Source of the DNA: Trueperaceae bacterium | Lineage (GTDB): Bacteria; Deinococcota; Deinococci; Deinococcales; Trueperaceae | Direction of reading: 5' to 3' | DNA length: 64,000 nucleotides | Assembly: GCA_965214405.1 (NCBI GenBank) | Contig: OZ243956.1 | Coordinates: 832,001 to 896,000, forward strand | Shown here: piece after piece, positions 1 to 10,300 of the stretch | Layout: the number at the start of each line of letters is the position of its first letter | Position numbering within the stretch: position 1 is the first letter of the stretch | The notes under the pieces: generated by a model | What the model was told of the DNA's origin: nothing | Seen by the model: the letters and a program-made list of their open reading frames with translations, nothing else | The model's database searches: none | Made by a program: the position numbers and the translations under genes

Positions 1-353
1 TCGACCGCCGTCGCAAACTGTTCGGTCACCTTTTGGATCGCGCCCAAAAGCGCGTGGCTTTTTTGCAGCTTTGCGTAAAGCCGCCGCAACTCGTCTTGCG
101 CCTCCTCGCGCGCCTCGACCTCTGCGGCAATCCAGTTGAGCGTCGCGAAGGTGACCGTCGGCCCCAGGATGCTGTAAAACAAGACCTGCGCCCAGAACTG
201 CCAGCCCGCACCGCCCAGGGGCACGATCAAAAGCTGATGAAGGAGCACCACGCCGACGATGGCGACGGGCATCCAGAAGCGGGCCAGCTTGACCTGCCGG
301 GACAAGCTCCCTTGACCGGGCGCGCGCGCCGGAGGCGGGGAAGAAAGGCTCAT
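1..353 (-). CDS. Membrane protein, probably the N-terminus of a sensor histidine kinase (truncated by the window edge)
   Basis: Manual translation from ATG at 353: MSLSSPPPARAPGQGSLSRQVKLARFWMPVAIVGVVLLHQLLIVPLGGAGWQFWAQVLFYSILGPTVTFATLNWIAAEVEAREEAQDELRRLYAKLQKSH... Two TM segments then a coiled coil; open to position 1. Confidence 0.55.
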   Translation of the reverse strand, partial: MSLSSPPPARAPGQGSLSRQVKLARFWMPVAIVGVVLLHQLLIVPLGGAGWQFWAQVLFYSILGPTVTFATLNWIAAEVEAREEAQDELRRLYAKLQKSHALLGAIQKVTEQFATAV

Positions 354-414
354 GCTAGCGTTGGCTGTCTCCCAAAATGTCTTGCTTTAAGCACTGGACC
401 ATCACCACACCTCA

Positions 415-696
415 TCACCGTCTTTTTTCATAACGCCTTTCATAACGTCGTGGCCTAAACTCGCTCATGAGAAAGGGATACGCCACCAAGTAAACCGCGA
501 GCACAAGCCCGAACTGGACCCAGACCCGGTCGAGGTAAGGCACGCCCAGCGTCGTCAGCGCCGCGAAAAGGAGCCCGACGGCGAGCGCGAACACGAGCGA
601 CTTGAGCATGAGGCGCAGCACCTTGCCCACGGTAAGCTTGCGCGCGGCCTGCGCGGCTTGGAGTTTACTTTTGCGTTCACGATTCTTTTTCGACAT
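415..696 (-). CDS. Small membrane protein, two TM helices
   Basis: 93-aa ORF with basic N-terminus and two hydrophobic stretches; TACAAT 6 nt upstream of the ATG. Confidence 0.75.
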   Translation of the reverse strand: MSKKNRERKSKLQAAQAARKLTVGKVLRLMLKSLVFALAVGLLFAALTTLGVPYLDRVWVQFGLVLAVYLVAYPFLMSEFRPRRYERRYEKRR

Positions 697-817
697 ACTC
701 CTATTGTAAAAGATACGGCGAGGAACTTCGGTGGGGCGGGGGTACGTTGGGGCTCCCGTGCTTACACTGTCGGCTGGCTTGCGGCGCGGGCGCGGGGGCT
801 GCCGAACACTAAAGGGC

Positions 818-1366
818 GTGACTCCACCCTGGCTGCCCCTGCTCCAACACGCGTTAGAAGAGAACCAAAACGACCGCGCCGTCCAGGTGGCGACGGTGTC
901 ACCTGATGGGGAGCCGGAAGTGCGAACGGTTATCCTGCGAGGTCTTTCGGAAGAAGGCGAACCCTACTTTTTTACGGACGCGCGCGCGGCCAAGGTGCGG
1001 GCGGCGGGAGCGGGGCTCGAGCTCTGCGCCTGGTGGGACGCTACAAAAGAGCAGTTCCGGCTACGCGGCCCCATCACCCTCATCACATCCGACGATTCAC
1101 CGTGGAACGAGCGCAGCCGGGAGTTGTGGGCGCACCGGGGCGAAAAGAGTCGTCAGTCTTTCTTAGGCGCGGCCCCCGGCACGCCGCTCGAGGAGACTTC
1201 TAACTCTGATAAATCTGAAGAAGACCAAGAGGAGCCACCTCAGACTTTTGTGTTGATGGTGGTGAAGCCGGAGCGGGTGGACTATCTCAAGCTGGGGGAA
1301 GAGCAAGAGAGGCGGGTGTGGTGGCTCGAGGGGGACGCTTGGCGGGGCGGGCTTGTGGTGCCGTGA
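818..1366 (+). CDS. Pyridoxamine 5'-phosphate oxidase family FMN-binding protein
   Basis: Motifs VATVSPDGEPEVRTVILRG, FFTDARAAK, EQFRLRG and PERVDYL; start taken at GTG 818. Confidence 0.85.
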   Translation: MTPPWLPLLQHALEENQNDRAVQVATVSPDGEPEVRTVILRGLSEEGEPYFFTDARAAKVRAAGAGLELCAWWDATKEQFRLRGPITLITSDDSPWNERSRELWAHRGEKSRQSFLGAAPGTPLEETSNSDKSEEDQEEPPQTFVLMVVKPERVDYLKLGEEQERRVWWLEGDAWRGGLVVP

Positions 1367-1410
1367 GGTGGGGAGGTAAGCTTTTCCCTTCGTGAGTCAG
1401 CCCTTATACA

Positions 1411-1440
1411 TTGACAATATGAGAAGCTGTCTTGTTTAAT
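1411..1440 (+). promoter_or_regulatory. Putative sigma70 promoter of the ParB/methylase island
   Basis: TTGACA-N18-TTTAAT, ending 8 nt before ATG 1449. Confidence 0.5.
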
Positions 1441-1448
1441 AAATCAGG

Positions 1449-2702
1449 ATGAGCCAACCGGATCAAGAAGTCAAATCTATCAAGATTAAAGATTTAGTTC
1501 TGTGGACCGAAAACCCACGCGATCCTATTGATGAGAATGCCACTGATCAAGATATAGTCGATAAAGCTTTCGATGACAGACTCTCCAAGTGGGATTTGAG
1601 TAAGTTGGCAAAGGAAGTGGGAGATTATTACGATTTCAGCGAGCTGCCGACAGTAGCTTATCATGGGTAGAAGCCGGTCGTTTACGACGGGAATAGAAGG
1701 ATCATCCTGGGAAAGATGAAGCATGGTTTTGTTGTCCCACCTGAAGCAACAAGAATACAAATCCCAAGTTTTCCGAAGGAGATACCATGCAACGTATGTG
1801 TTAAGGAAATAGCCTTGAGGAATATCTATAGAAAACATAGTGGTACAGGTTCTTGGCAACCTCTTGAACGAGATATTTTTCTTCACAAGTTTATGGGAGA
1901 GGAAAAAAGCACATTTCTTATTTTAGAGCAAGACACTGGAATTATCAGTGCGAATCCTCATCCGAATCAAGGTTTCGTAAGGAATGAAATCTTTAAGGAA
2001 GAAAGCTTGAAAACGTTAGGATTCACCGTTCAGGATAGAAGGTTAAATAGCGTACACAGTGATGAGGAGGCTTCCTCAATTCTTACTGACATTTCGCAAG
2101 AAATTAAGGAGAAGCAAATCACCACCCGAAAAAACAGAGGTAAAGTTAGAGATGTTTTAAGTCCATATTCTCAACGATTGATTGATAAAAACAAAAGCAA
2201 TGAATCGCATCCATATAAAACAGAGTTTGCCAAACCTGAAGATGAGAACAGAAAGCAGAGACAGTCAAAGCGCACAAATAAGAAGGAAAACGTACTGTTT
2301 GGAGGCAGGCTATACCTTCGTGTGGGAGAAGTAAGCAATTTTTATAGAGACATAGTGGATTTGCATCAGTTCTACATCGATAACAAAAATACGTTGTCAC
2401 AGTCATTTCCGGGCTTGATTAGGATGTCTTTACGTCTACTATGCGAAACAGCAGCCAAGGAGCAAAAGAAGGATTTTGACAGATATCTGAAAGAGAATTT
2501 CGATGAGGCAAAAGGGGAGCTAAGCAAAGACCTTAAAACTACCTTATCAAATCAGAACGTCAGCAGAGACAGCATTGTTCAGTTGCTACATACGGGAGCT
2601 CACATCTATCAGTCATCTACCAACATGGAGCAAACAGTGGCTATATCGGTAATTATTGGATCAATACTAACGATTACTCATGGTCGGGAGAACTTGTCTT
2701 GA
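1449..2702 (+). pseudogene. ParB-like N-terminal domain protein with HEPN-like C-terminus, broken by an in-frame TAG at 1668-1670
   Basis: ORFs 1449-1670 and 1716-2702 are in the same frame; reading through gives HG*KPVVYDGNRRII (ParB-type DGNRR) after WTENPR. C-terminus has RMSLRLLCE...LLHTGAH. AT-rich. Confidence 0.75.
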
Positions 2703-3037
2703 GCATTTACTATTCACCGTTGAGATATCCAGGTGGAAAGAACTGTATATTTCCATTTGTGTCTAACGTCTTTTATGAGAATCAGTTAATAGGCATTAGC
2801 TATGCAGAACCATACGCTGGGGGCGCTGGATTAGCCCTCAGACTTTTATTTGAGGGCTATGTAGATCATATTTACATTAACGATCTTGACAGGTCCATCT
2901 TTGCCTTCTGGTACTGCGTTATCAACCGGCCTGATGAATTGTGCGGCTGGATTGAAGATGTTGATGTTTCCGTTACTAGTTGGAATAAGTACCGGGAAGT
3001 GCAGAGACGTGCTAATGAGGTGGACCTTCTCGAGCTA

Positions 3038-3957
3038 GGGTCTGTCTGACTAATCAAAGCCAGAGGATGATGGAGGCGAGGAGCACACCAGCACGGTAGT
3101 TTCTGCCGCGTTTGTCGTAGCGGGTGGCAACGGCGCGAAAGTCTTTAAGTCGGTTGATGCAGCGTTCGACCACGTTACGTCCTTTGTAGGCTTGCTTATC
3201 GAAAGCAGGAGGTCGTCCACCTTTTGTGCCCTTAGACAAGCGAGACTTCTTGGCATCTTCGCGCTCGGGGCTGATACAGATGATGCCCCTGCGCCTTAGT
3301 ATCTTCCGCTGCTTGTTGAAACCATAAGCGCGGTCGAGTCTAAGCTGAGGGGGGCGCTTACGCGGTCGCCCTCTGCCAAGGCGGGGCACATAAATCTCGT
3401 CCAAGACCGGCTCTAGCCAAGCGGCGTCGTTGCGCTGTCCCGCCGTGATGACCACGGACAGGGGTCGCACTTTGCCGTCCGCGCAGGTATGCACCTTGCT
3501 GGTGTGGCCTCCGCGTGAGTGTCCCAGCCACTCGTCTGCTAAGGTCCCCTTTTTTCACCCTCAGCAGGCCGCTTCCTCGCCCCGCTGGCGCTGCGGTGCG
3601 CTTTAATATGAGAGCTGTCTAACGCTGCGCCGTCCCAATCAATCTCACCCGCCGCATCGGCGTGAGCTTGAAGCCTGTGCAGGATGCGCTTCCAGACACC
3701 GTTGCGCTCCCACCTCGTGAAGCGGTCCCAGCAGGTCTGCCAAGGTCCGTAGCGTTCAGGAACGTCGCGCCAGGGAGCGCCTGTTTTCAAGCGCCACGAA
3801 ATGCCGTTGATGACCTGTCGGTGGTTGCGGTAGTTGTGACCCCGTTGGGGATTGGGGGGTAGATGCGGTTTTAGTGCTTGCCACTGCTGCTCTTTTAGGT
3901 CTGTTCGTGCCATACGCCTACCCTAAACCATCTTCATCCCTTCTGTCAGACAGACCC
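3038..3957 (-). mobile_element. IS5-family insertion sequence (IS427-like), 920 bp
   Basis: Perfect 13-bp terminal IRs GGGTCTGTCTGAC (3038-3050) / GTCAGACAGACCC (3945-3957); TA duplicated within a CTAG target on both sides. Confidence 0.95.
3054..3913 (-). CDS. IS5-family DDE transposase, two ORFs joined by a -1 frameshift
   Basis: OrfA 3539-3913 ([29 protein letters not shown]); the -1 frame from the A6 run at 3550-3555 continues [13 protein letters not shown]...LDRAY...[23 protein letters not shown]. Confidence 0.9.
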
Positions 3958-4645
3958 TAGCCAGATCGACATTTTTCCTTAATAGGACGAACGTTTCAGG
4001 CATTATAAAAGGTGGTGTAATTGGGGGGCAAGCGCAGAAGGGAAGATACAAAATCGACGCGAGGTTCAATAAGCAAGATTTGATTAGCAGAATCCAGAAA
4101 ATAGCGACTATCGGAAACCGTATTTCAGTGTCAAACCTTGATGGGTTATCTTTTATCTCCGGATTGAACAGGAAACGAAAGAATATATTTATTTATCTCG
4201 ATCCACCTTATTATAAGAAAGGTGCTGACCTTTACATGAATTTTTACTCAGTCGAGGATCACGTCAAGCTATCAAAAAAGATTCATAAGCTAGCCAAAAC
4301 GTGGATGGTTTCTTACGACAATCAAGAATTCATCCTAAACTTGTACGCAGAATTTAACACGATTTCGTATAGATTGTCTCAATCAGCATCAAACAGAGTT
4401 GGTGAGGAGATTTTAGTTTTCTCTGATAGTTTGAACTTTGTTAGTTCAGTTAAAGCGCTTAACTCTCCAATTTTAAATGGAAGAAGCATTGAGGCTGAAA
4501 CAGGCCTTACCTAAGCTTATTCGTAACACGTCTCCTGCTCACCCCCGCCCCCACGCTGCCAATTAAAACGTCAAGCAACTGCACGCAGTGTAGCCTAGAG
4601 GCATGATACAGGCCGTGGTAGGATTAGGAGAAGATCGGAGGTCCT

Positions 4646-5227
4646 ATGACATCCCCCCTATTTGCAGCGCCCGAGGCGACCGTGGAAGACCTCTACGGCG
4701 TGCCGGACAACGCCAAAGCAGAAATCGTGAATGGGAAGCTGATGTTGATGCCGCCTACAGGAATCGAGCCGGGTTACGCTGGCGATGAGATTTTCGTGTC
4801 ACTGCGCGAGTATGCCAGGCGAACGGGAAGAGGACGCGCTGTAGGAGACAACAAAGGCTTTCTCGTGGATTTACCGCATCGCAAGTCGTTTAGCCCCGAC
4901 GCAGCCTACTATTTGGGCAAGCCAATTGGCATGAAATTTTATGAAGGTGCTCCGGTTTTTGCCGTTGAAGTGCGGAGCGAGAACGATTACGGACCCGCGG
5001 CAGAGGGGGAGATGGCGGCGAAGAGAGCCGACTATTTTGCCAGTGGCACGCAAGTTGTTTGGGACGTAGATTTACGGGGTGATGAGAGCGGTAAATTCAT
5101 CCGCGTTCACCGGACCAGCGACCCGGAACATGCAACCCTCTATAGGAGTGGTGACGTTGCCGAAGCAGAACCGGCGTTGCCGGGTTGGCGGTTTCCGGTT
5201 GACACGCTTGATGACTTGTTGGAATAG
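4646..5227 (+). CDS. Uma2 family (PD-(D/E)xK) endonuclease-like protein
   Basis: KAEIVNGKL, SPDAAY, PVFAVEVRS, KRADYFASG..VVWDVD and LPGWRFPV; SD AGGAG/GGAGG upstream. Confidence 0.9.
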   Translation: MTSPLFAAPEATVEDLYGVPDNAKAEIVNGKLMLMPPTGIEPGYAGDEIFVSLREYARRTGRGRAVGDNKGFLVDLPHRKSFSPDAAYYLGKPIGMKFYEGAPVFAVEVRSENDYGPAAEGEMAAKRADYFASGTQVVWDVDLRGDESGKFIRVHRTSDPEHATLYRSGDVAEAEPALPGWRFPVDTLDDLLE

Positions 5228-5266
5228 TGTTGACAGCCGCCTGAGAGTGTTTTTGGCAACTAGGGC

Positions 5267-6229
5267 CTAGCTCATCCCCCTCCCCCGCGCCGCCACCGCG
5301 CACCCCAAGGCAATCGAATTAAACTTCGTCTCGGCGCTGTCCGCGCGGCTCACCAGCACAATCGGTGCCCTGGCCCCCGCGATGATGCCCGCCACCTTCG
5401 CGCCGCCAAAGTAGATGAGCGACTTGTAAAACACGTTTCCCACGTCGATGTTGTCCACAATGAGCACGTCCGCACGGCCCGCCACCTCCGACTTGATGTT
5501 TTTGACCCGCGCGGCGTGCGGGTCCACTGCATTGTCGAGCGCCAGCGGGCCGTCCACCAAAGCCCCCTTGATTTGCCCGCGGTCGGCCATTTTGGCGATG
5601 ATGGCGGTGTCAACGCTCGTGCGCTGCGCCACGTCCACCGTTTCGATGGCGGCCAGGAGCGCCACGTTGGGCATCTCGACGCCCAAAAGGTGCGCGACGC
5701 CCACTGCGTTTTTGACGATGTCGAGTTTGAGCGACAAGTCGGGCGAGATGTTGAGCGCGCCGTCGCTCATGAGGAGGAGGCGTTCGAAGCGGCTCGAGTC
5801 GATCACCAACACGTGCGAAAGTTTGCCGGTGCTCCGCAGGCCGTACTCTTTGTTCAAGACCTCGCGCATGAGCGCGGCGGTCTGGATGTAGCCCTTCATC
5901 AGCACGTCACACGCGCCGCTTGACACCGCCTGCACCGCCCGCCGCGCGGCCTCGAGCTTGCTCTGGGTGGGCTCGAGCTGGACTTGCGACAAGGGGAGGT
6001 CATAGCGTTCGCAGAGCGCGGTCGTCTCTACCTCGTCCCCAAAAAGGTGCGGCGTAATCCAGCCCGCGCGGAACGCCTCCGCCACCGCCTCGACGACGTG
6101 GTCTTCCGCCGCGCTCGCTACGGCCAAGCGTAGCGGCCCGTTCTCCTGAGCGGCCTCGCTGGCGACCTGGTGAACGTCGGCCATGCTGGTGCAGCGGCCA
6201 AAGGTAAGGGTGTCTAAAGTGTCGGTCAT
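5267..6229 (-). CDS. ptb: Phosphate butyryl/acetyltransferase
   Basis: LMKGYIQT, SHV, DGALNISP, LLAAIETV, DGPLALDNAV, GNVFYK and PIVLVSRADS. Confidence 0.88.
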   Translation of the reverse strand: MTDTLDTLTFGRCTSMADVHQVASEAAQENGPLRLAVASAAEDHVVEAVAEAFRAGWITPHLFGDEVETTALCERYDLPLSQVQLEPTQSKLEAARRAVQAVSSGACDVLMKGYIQTAALMREVLNKEYGLRSTGKLSHVLVIDSSRFERLLLMSDGALNISPDLSLKLDIVKNAVGVAHLLGVEMPNVALLAAIETVDVAQRTSVDTAIIAKMADRGQIKGALVDGPLALDNAVDPHAARVKNIKSEVAGRADVLIVDNIDVGNVFYKSLIYFGGAKVAGIIAGARAPIVLVSRADSAETKFNSIALGCAVAARGRGMS

Positions 6230-6290
6230 AGGCTCGAGCTTAACCCGAACGTCGGGGAGATTTTGAGAGCTGGTGCCGATTCGAGCCCGG

Positions 6291-7946
6291 TCAGGTAATC
6301 TTGAGCACCGGGTCGTGAAGGAGGAGGATGCGCTCGCGTTGGAGGGCGTCTAGGGTTCTCGAGAGCGTCGTCGGGTCTTCAGTGCTCGGCAAGAGGAGCT
6401 TTGCGGGGGCGGTGACATTCCACACGGGCGCGTTGTGGCGCAGTCCGGCAATTTCCTTGGCGCGCACTAAACCTGTTTCGATGTCCCCAAGTTCGTCTAT
6501 CAAACCCACCGACAGCGCGTCCGCCCCCGACCAGATGCGGCCTCGCCCGAGTTCGTTCACGCGCGTGGGCGTCAGCCCGCGACCCTCGGCCACCCGCCCG
6601 ACGAAGCGGCCATAGGTTTCTTCAATCGAACGCCTGACCAGCGCGCGTTCGGCGTCGTCGAAGGGATGGGAGGGGGAAAAGGTGAGCGCGAAGCGGCCCC
6701 GGCGCACCGCCTCGGGGTTGAAGCCGTACTTGTCGTTAAACTCTTCCAGCACGGGTTTGGCCGTCACCACGCCGATGGAACCCGTGAGGGTGGTGGGCGC
6801 GGCGATCACGTGGTCGGCGTGGGTCAGGACGTAGTAGCCGCCGCTCGCCGCGAGGCTGCCCATCACGGCAATCACAGGCTTTTTGGACTTGATGCGCGCC
6901 ACCTCGCGCCAGATGAGGTCACTCGCCAAGGCCGAGCCGCCGCCCGAATCGACGTAAAAGACGATGGCGGCGATGTGTTCATCCTTTTCGGCGGCGCGAA
7001 AGGCAGCGAGGAGCGTGTCCGAGCCCGCCTGGAGCGCGCCCACGAGCGGGAGCGGTACGGGCGAGCGCTGCGACTTGCCCGTCACGATAATGCCGAGAAG
7101 CGAAACTACCGCGACGCCTTTGCCTGAAGCCTGCGGCTCGCGGCGCAAGAACCGTGAGGCCGCGGCAAGCGGTTTGTGCTCCTTACCAAGCACCTCGTCC
7201 TCATAGGCCACGCGGTCGATCATGCCGAGTTCTAAAGCCCGCGCCGCCGAGGTGACGCCCTCGTCTATCCAGCCCCGTACGGTCTCCGGCGTGGTGCCCC
7301 GCGCCGCCGCGATGCGCTCTAACACCGTCGCCTCGAGACTCGCCAGCAGCGCCTCCAACTGCTCCCGCTGCGCCGCGCTCATCTCCTGACGGACGAACTG
7401 GTCACCGGCGTTTTTGTACTCTTTGATGGCGAGTTTATCAAAACTCACCCCAAAACGCGCGAGGGCGTCGCGCATGAAGGTCGTCTCGAGTGCGAATCCC
7501 GTCACAAAAAGCTCCGCGCCGGGCGGCATCACAACTTCATCCACCGAAGCGGCGACGTAATAGCGCGGCAGGTCGAGCCGGGTGAGGTAGCAAACGGTGC
7601 GCTTCCCGGCGCGTTTGAGCTCGTTCACGAGCCGCCCGAGTGCGTAAGCGGTGGTTAGGTTGACGTCGAGCCCCTCGAGCCGAAACACCACCCCGTCCAG
7701 CCACGGGGCCGCGGCGAGGGCGTTGACGGTTTTTTGGAGGGACTCGAGCGAGTCATCTTTGGGGCCAATTTCGGGTGGAAAGGTGAGAAGTTTGCGCCGC
7801 CGCTTACGCGCGGGGTAGGAGCCCGAAAGCTCCACCACCAGCCACTTGGGGCGTTCGCCGGGAAGTGCGGCGACGGCGTTTTTGAGCGCGACTCCGGCGT
7901 TGTGGCGCAGGGTCGGCAAGTCCTTGAAATCAAAAGAACGTTCCAT
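6291..7946 (-). CDS. sppA: Signal peptide peptidase SppA (S49, long form)
   Basis: YKNAGD, VDSGGGS, AASGGYY, TLTGSIGV and GRIWSG. Confidence 0.93.
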   Translation of the reverse strand: MERSFDFKDLPTLRHNAGVALKNAVAALPGERPKWLVVELSGSYPARKRRRKLLTFPPEIGPKDDSLESLQKTVNALAAAPWLDGVVFRLEGLDVNLTTAYALGRLVNELKRAGKRTVCYLTRLDLPRYYVAASVDEVVMPPGAELFVTGFALETTFMRDALARFGVSFDKLAIKEYKNAGDQFVRQEMSAAQREQLEALLASLEATVLERIAAARGTTPETVRGWIDEGVTSAARALELGMIDRVAYEDEVLGKEHKPLAAASRFLRREPQASGKGVAVVSLLGIIVTGKSQRSPVPLPLVGALQAGSDTLLAAFRAAEKDEHIAAIVFYVDSGGGSALASDLIWREVARIKSKKPVIAVMGSLAASGGYYVLTHADHVIAAPTTLTGSIGVVTAKPVLEEFNDKYGFNPEAVRRGRFALTFSPSHPFDDAERALVRRSIEETYGRFVGRVAEGRGLTPTRVNELGRGRIWSGADALSVGLIDELGDIETGLVRAKEIAGLRHNAPVWNVTAPAKLLLPSTEDPTTLSRTLDALQRERILLLHDPVLKIT

Positions 7947-8018
7947 ACCCTAAGTGTACGCTTCATCTTCTTCGGCAAACCGTCATCTTTGGCGGGCTCC
8001 GGCAGGATAAACTAGAGC

Positions 8019-8924
8019 GTGTTACGGCAATTTTTGCGCTTTATGAGTTTGGCCCTTCTCCTCATCCTGCTAAGTTGCGCGCCCTCGACAAATAAACGTG
8101 TGCAAGCTCAAGTTACGCCGACTCAGTCCCCACCTACCGAGGCATCACAAGGCGTTCGGCCCTCGAGCGGCTGCACCCGCCCCGCCCCCCAAAGCCCGCC
8201 CACCACCTTGACGGTAGACGGACGCAACCGCAGCCTCATCGCCGCCCTGCCGGAGGGTTACGACCCAACCGTCCCCCACGACATGGTCATCGCTTTTCAC
8301 GGCCTCACCAATTCGAACGAGCGGGTGAGGAGGTATTACGGGCTCGAGCAGGACGCCCCAAACACTCTCTTTCTCTATCCCAGTGGGCTGCGTTCCGGCA
8401 GCACCTACAGTTGGTCGGACCCCGGCGACCCTTCCGACAACCTCAGAGACTATGAGCTTTTCGACGCGATGCTCTCCACCTACGCCGCCGACTACTGCCT
8501 CGACCTCAACCGTATATTTGTCGTGGGTCACTCTCTGGGGGCCTGGTTCGCCAACTCGCTCGCCTGCGCGCGCGGGGCCGAAGTTCGCGGGGCGGGCACG
8601 CTCGGGGGCGGCGTGTCCTCTTCGGCGTGTACGGGTGAGGTGGCGGCAATTGTTTTTCACAACCCGAATGACCGGCTGGTACCTTTTTCACAAGGGGAGG
8701 CGGCGCGGGATGCGTTTATTAAGCAGGGCGGTTTATCTACTGTCTCGGTAGCGGGGGAGCCTCGAGCCTTCCGTTGCCAGCGCTACGGCCCGCCGGGCAC
8801 GCGTAACCCGGTGGTGTGGTGCCCGCACACCTTTGACTATGGCTATAACGGGCGCTACTACCCGCACAACTGGCCGGAGGGAACGGGCGCGGCCATCATG
8901 AACTTTTTTGCGTCTTTGCCGTAG
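8019..8924 (+). CDS. Lipoprotein alpha/beta-hydrolase (PHB depolymerase/esterase-like)
   Basis: Lipobox LLSC; IAFHG; nucleophile elbow GHSLG; FHNPNDRLVP; terminal HNWP. Confidence 0.8.
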   Translation: MLRQFLRFMSLALLLILLSCAPSTNKRVQAQVTPTQSPPTEASQGVRPSSGCTRPAPQSPPTTLTVDGRNRSLIAALPEGYDPTVPHDMVIAFHGLTNSNERVRRYYGLEQDAPNTLFLYPSGLRSGSTYSWSDPGDPSDNLRDYELFDAMLSTYAADYCLDLNRIFVVGHSLGAWFANSLACARGAEVRGAGTLGGGVSSSACTGEVAAIVFHNPNDRLVPFSQGEAARDAFIKQGGLSTVSVAGEPRAFRCQRYGPPGTRNPVVWCPHTFDYGYNGRYYPHNWPEGTGAAIMNFFASLP

Positions 8925-9004
8925 GGAAACGCTTTGACGAGTCCCACCTGATGCCTGTACCCAAAGCCGTCCCCCGGAAGAAGCGCAGACGTTAAACTTG
9001 GCAG

Positions 9005-10186
9005 GTGCGTTCGTTCATTCTCTTTCTCGCCCGTAAGCACGTCCGTCACCGCGCCTTGCAGAGCGGGCTCACCATCGTGGGCGTGGCGGTCGGGGTGATG
9101 GTCGTGGTGACGGCGCTCTCGCTCACGAACGGGTTTATTGAAGAACTCATCAGCTCGACGCTCAAGGCCACCCCGCACGTGACCCTGACGAGCTTTGACG
9201 GGAGTCTTCTTAACGATGACCCCACCACTTTAGAGCGCATCGCCACCTATCCCGGCGTGGTCGCGGCGAGTCCCTTTTTAGCGGCGCAGGCGCTCATCTC
9301 GAGGCGTGCCAACGCCACGCTGGGCGTGTCCGGGCGGGGCGGTTACACGCAGATTTTGGGCATCGACCCGGTTTTAGAGCGCGAAGTGCTCTCGCTCGAG
9401 GCGCTCAACACCGACGCCAACGAATTGGCGGGCGACACGAGCATCATTTTGGGTGAGACGCTCGCCTTTAACACCCTGGGCGTTTTTCCCGGCGACGAGG
9501 TGTTCGTCCGCGATATCGCGGGGCTCAGCCGCACCTTTATCGTGGCCGACACCTCGCGCGTCGGCAATGAACTGATTGACGCCGTTGTGTCTTACGTGTC
9601 TTTGCCCACGCTCCAGGATTTCTTGCGCGCGTCGGATGAGATCAGCGGCTATCACGTGCGGGTGCGCGACCCCGAAGAGGCCGGAAGGATTGCTCGAGAA
9701 CTCGGCGCAACTTTTGAACTCCTGCCGACCTCGTGGGAAAATCTTTTCAGTTCGCTTATTGACCAACTCCGGCTGCAACGCGCGCTCATCAGCGCGGTCA
9801 CCTTTCTTATCGTGCTCGTTGCGGCGATGGGGATTGCCAATATTCTCATCCTAACGGTGAGTGAAAAAACGGAGGAAATCGCGGTGTTGCGGGCGCTCGG
9901 CGCGTCGCAGCGGCAGATTTTGGCGGTGTTTACGCTCGAGGGGCTGCTCTTGGGCGGCGCGGGTACACTCTTGGGCGCGCTTTTAGGTTTGGGGCTGTCC
10001 GCTTACTTCAAATTTCAGCCCTACCCCCTGCCCGGCGACCTCTACTTCATCACCCAGTTGCCCGTCGAGCTTCGCGCCTGGGACTTTATCTGGGTGTGCA
10101 GCCTTTCCGTCGTCACGAGCGTAGTGGCCGCCTTTATCCCGGCGCGGCGGGCGAGCAGCCTGAATCCGGCGGAGATTTTGAGGTAG
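9005..10186 (+). CDS. LolC/E (FtsX/MacB-type) ABC transporter permease
   Basis: N-terminal TM, periplasmic domain, V.EKTEEIAVLRALGAS, LYFITQLPV and PARRASSLNPAEILR. Confidence 0.9.
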   Translation: MRSFILFLARKHVRHRALQSGLTIVGVAVGVMVVVTALSLTNGFIEELISSTLKATPHVTLTSFDGSLLNDDPTTLERIATYPGVVAASPFLAAQALISRRANATLGVSGRGGYTQILGIDPVLEREVLSLEALNTDANELAGDTSIILGETLAFNTLGVFPGDEVFVRDIAGLSRTFIVADTSRVGNELIDAVVSYVSLPTLQDFLRASDEISGYHVRVRDPEEAGRIARELGATFELLPTSWENLFSSLIDQLRLQRALISAVTFLIVLVAAMGIANILILTVSEKTEEIAVLRALGASQRQILAVFTLEGLLLGGAGTLLGALLGLGLSAYFKFQPYPLPGDLYFITQLPVELRAWDFIWVCSLSVVTSVVAAFIPARRASSLNPAEILR

Positions 10187-10300
10187 GCGGTAGCAGGTAT
10201 TATCTGGTCTGAGACGGATTCAGTTTATGCTTTACCATCTAAGACGTAGTTACAATGCTGATACCTGCGCCCAATTTGCTTAATATCAACGCAAATCGCT

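Larger units (their letters stand above)
2699..4514 (+). pseudogene. Dam/D12-class N6-adenine DNA methyltransferase interrupted by an IS5-family element
   Basis: SPLRYPGGK, EPYAGGAG and INDLD before the IS; IYLDPPY after it. Removing the IS plus one target copy (922 bp) restores a 297-aa frame: ...LLELARSTFFLNRTNVSGIIKGGVIGG...KIDARFNK. Confidence 0.92.

Noticed and set aside
426..447. 12-bp-period duplication giving RRYERRYE at a C-terminus
   Set aside because: Trivial slippage with no evidence of function.
1668..1670. Programmed amber read-through (pyrrolysine or recoding) in the ParB-like gene
   Set aside because: TAG terminates many core genes here (e.g. aroC, hup, sdaAA) and the partner gene is also broken; a nonsense mutation or sequencing error is simpler.
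1374..4518. TAAGCTT direct repeat (1377, 4512) and AGGTAAG/CTTACCT inverted repeat as island boundaries
   Set aside because: Only 7 bp and no integrase nearby; could be chance.
10193..10268. GCAGGTAT...ATACCTGC inverted repeat as a MITE or attC
   Set aside because: Only 8 bp; no target duplication and no R/L boxes.
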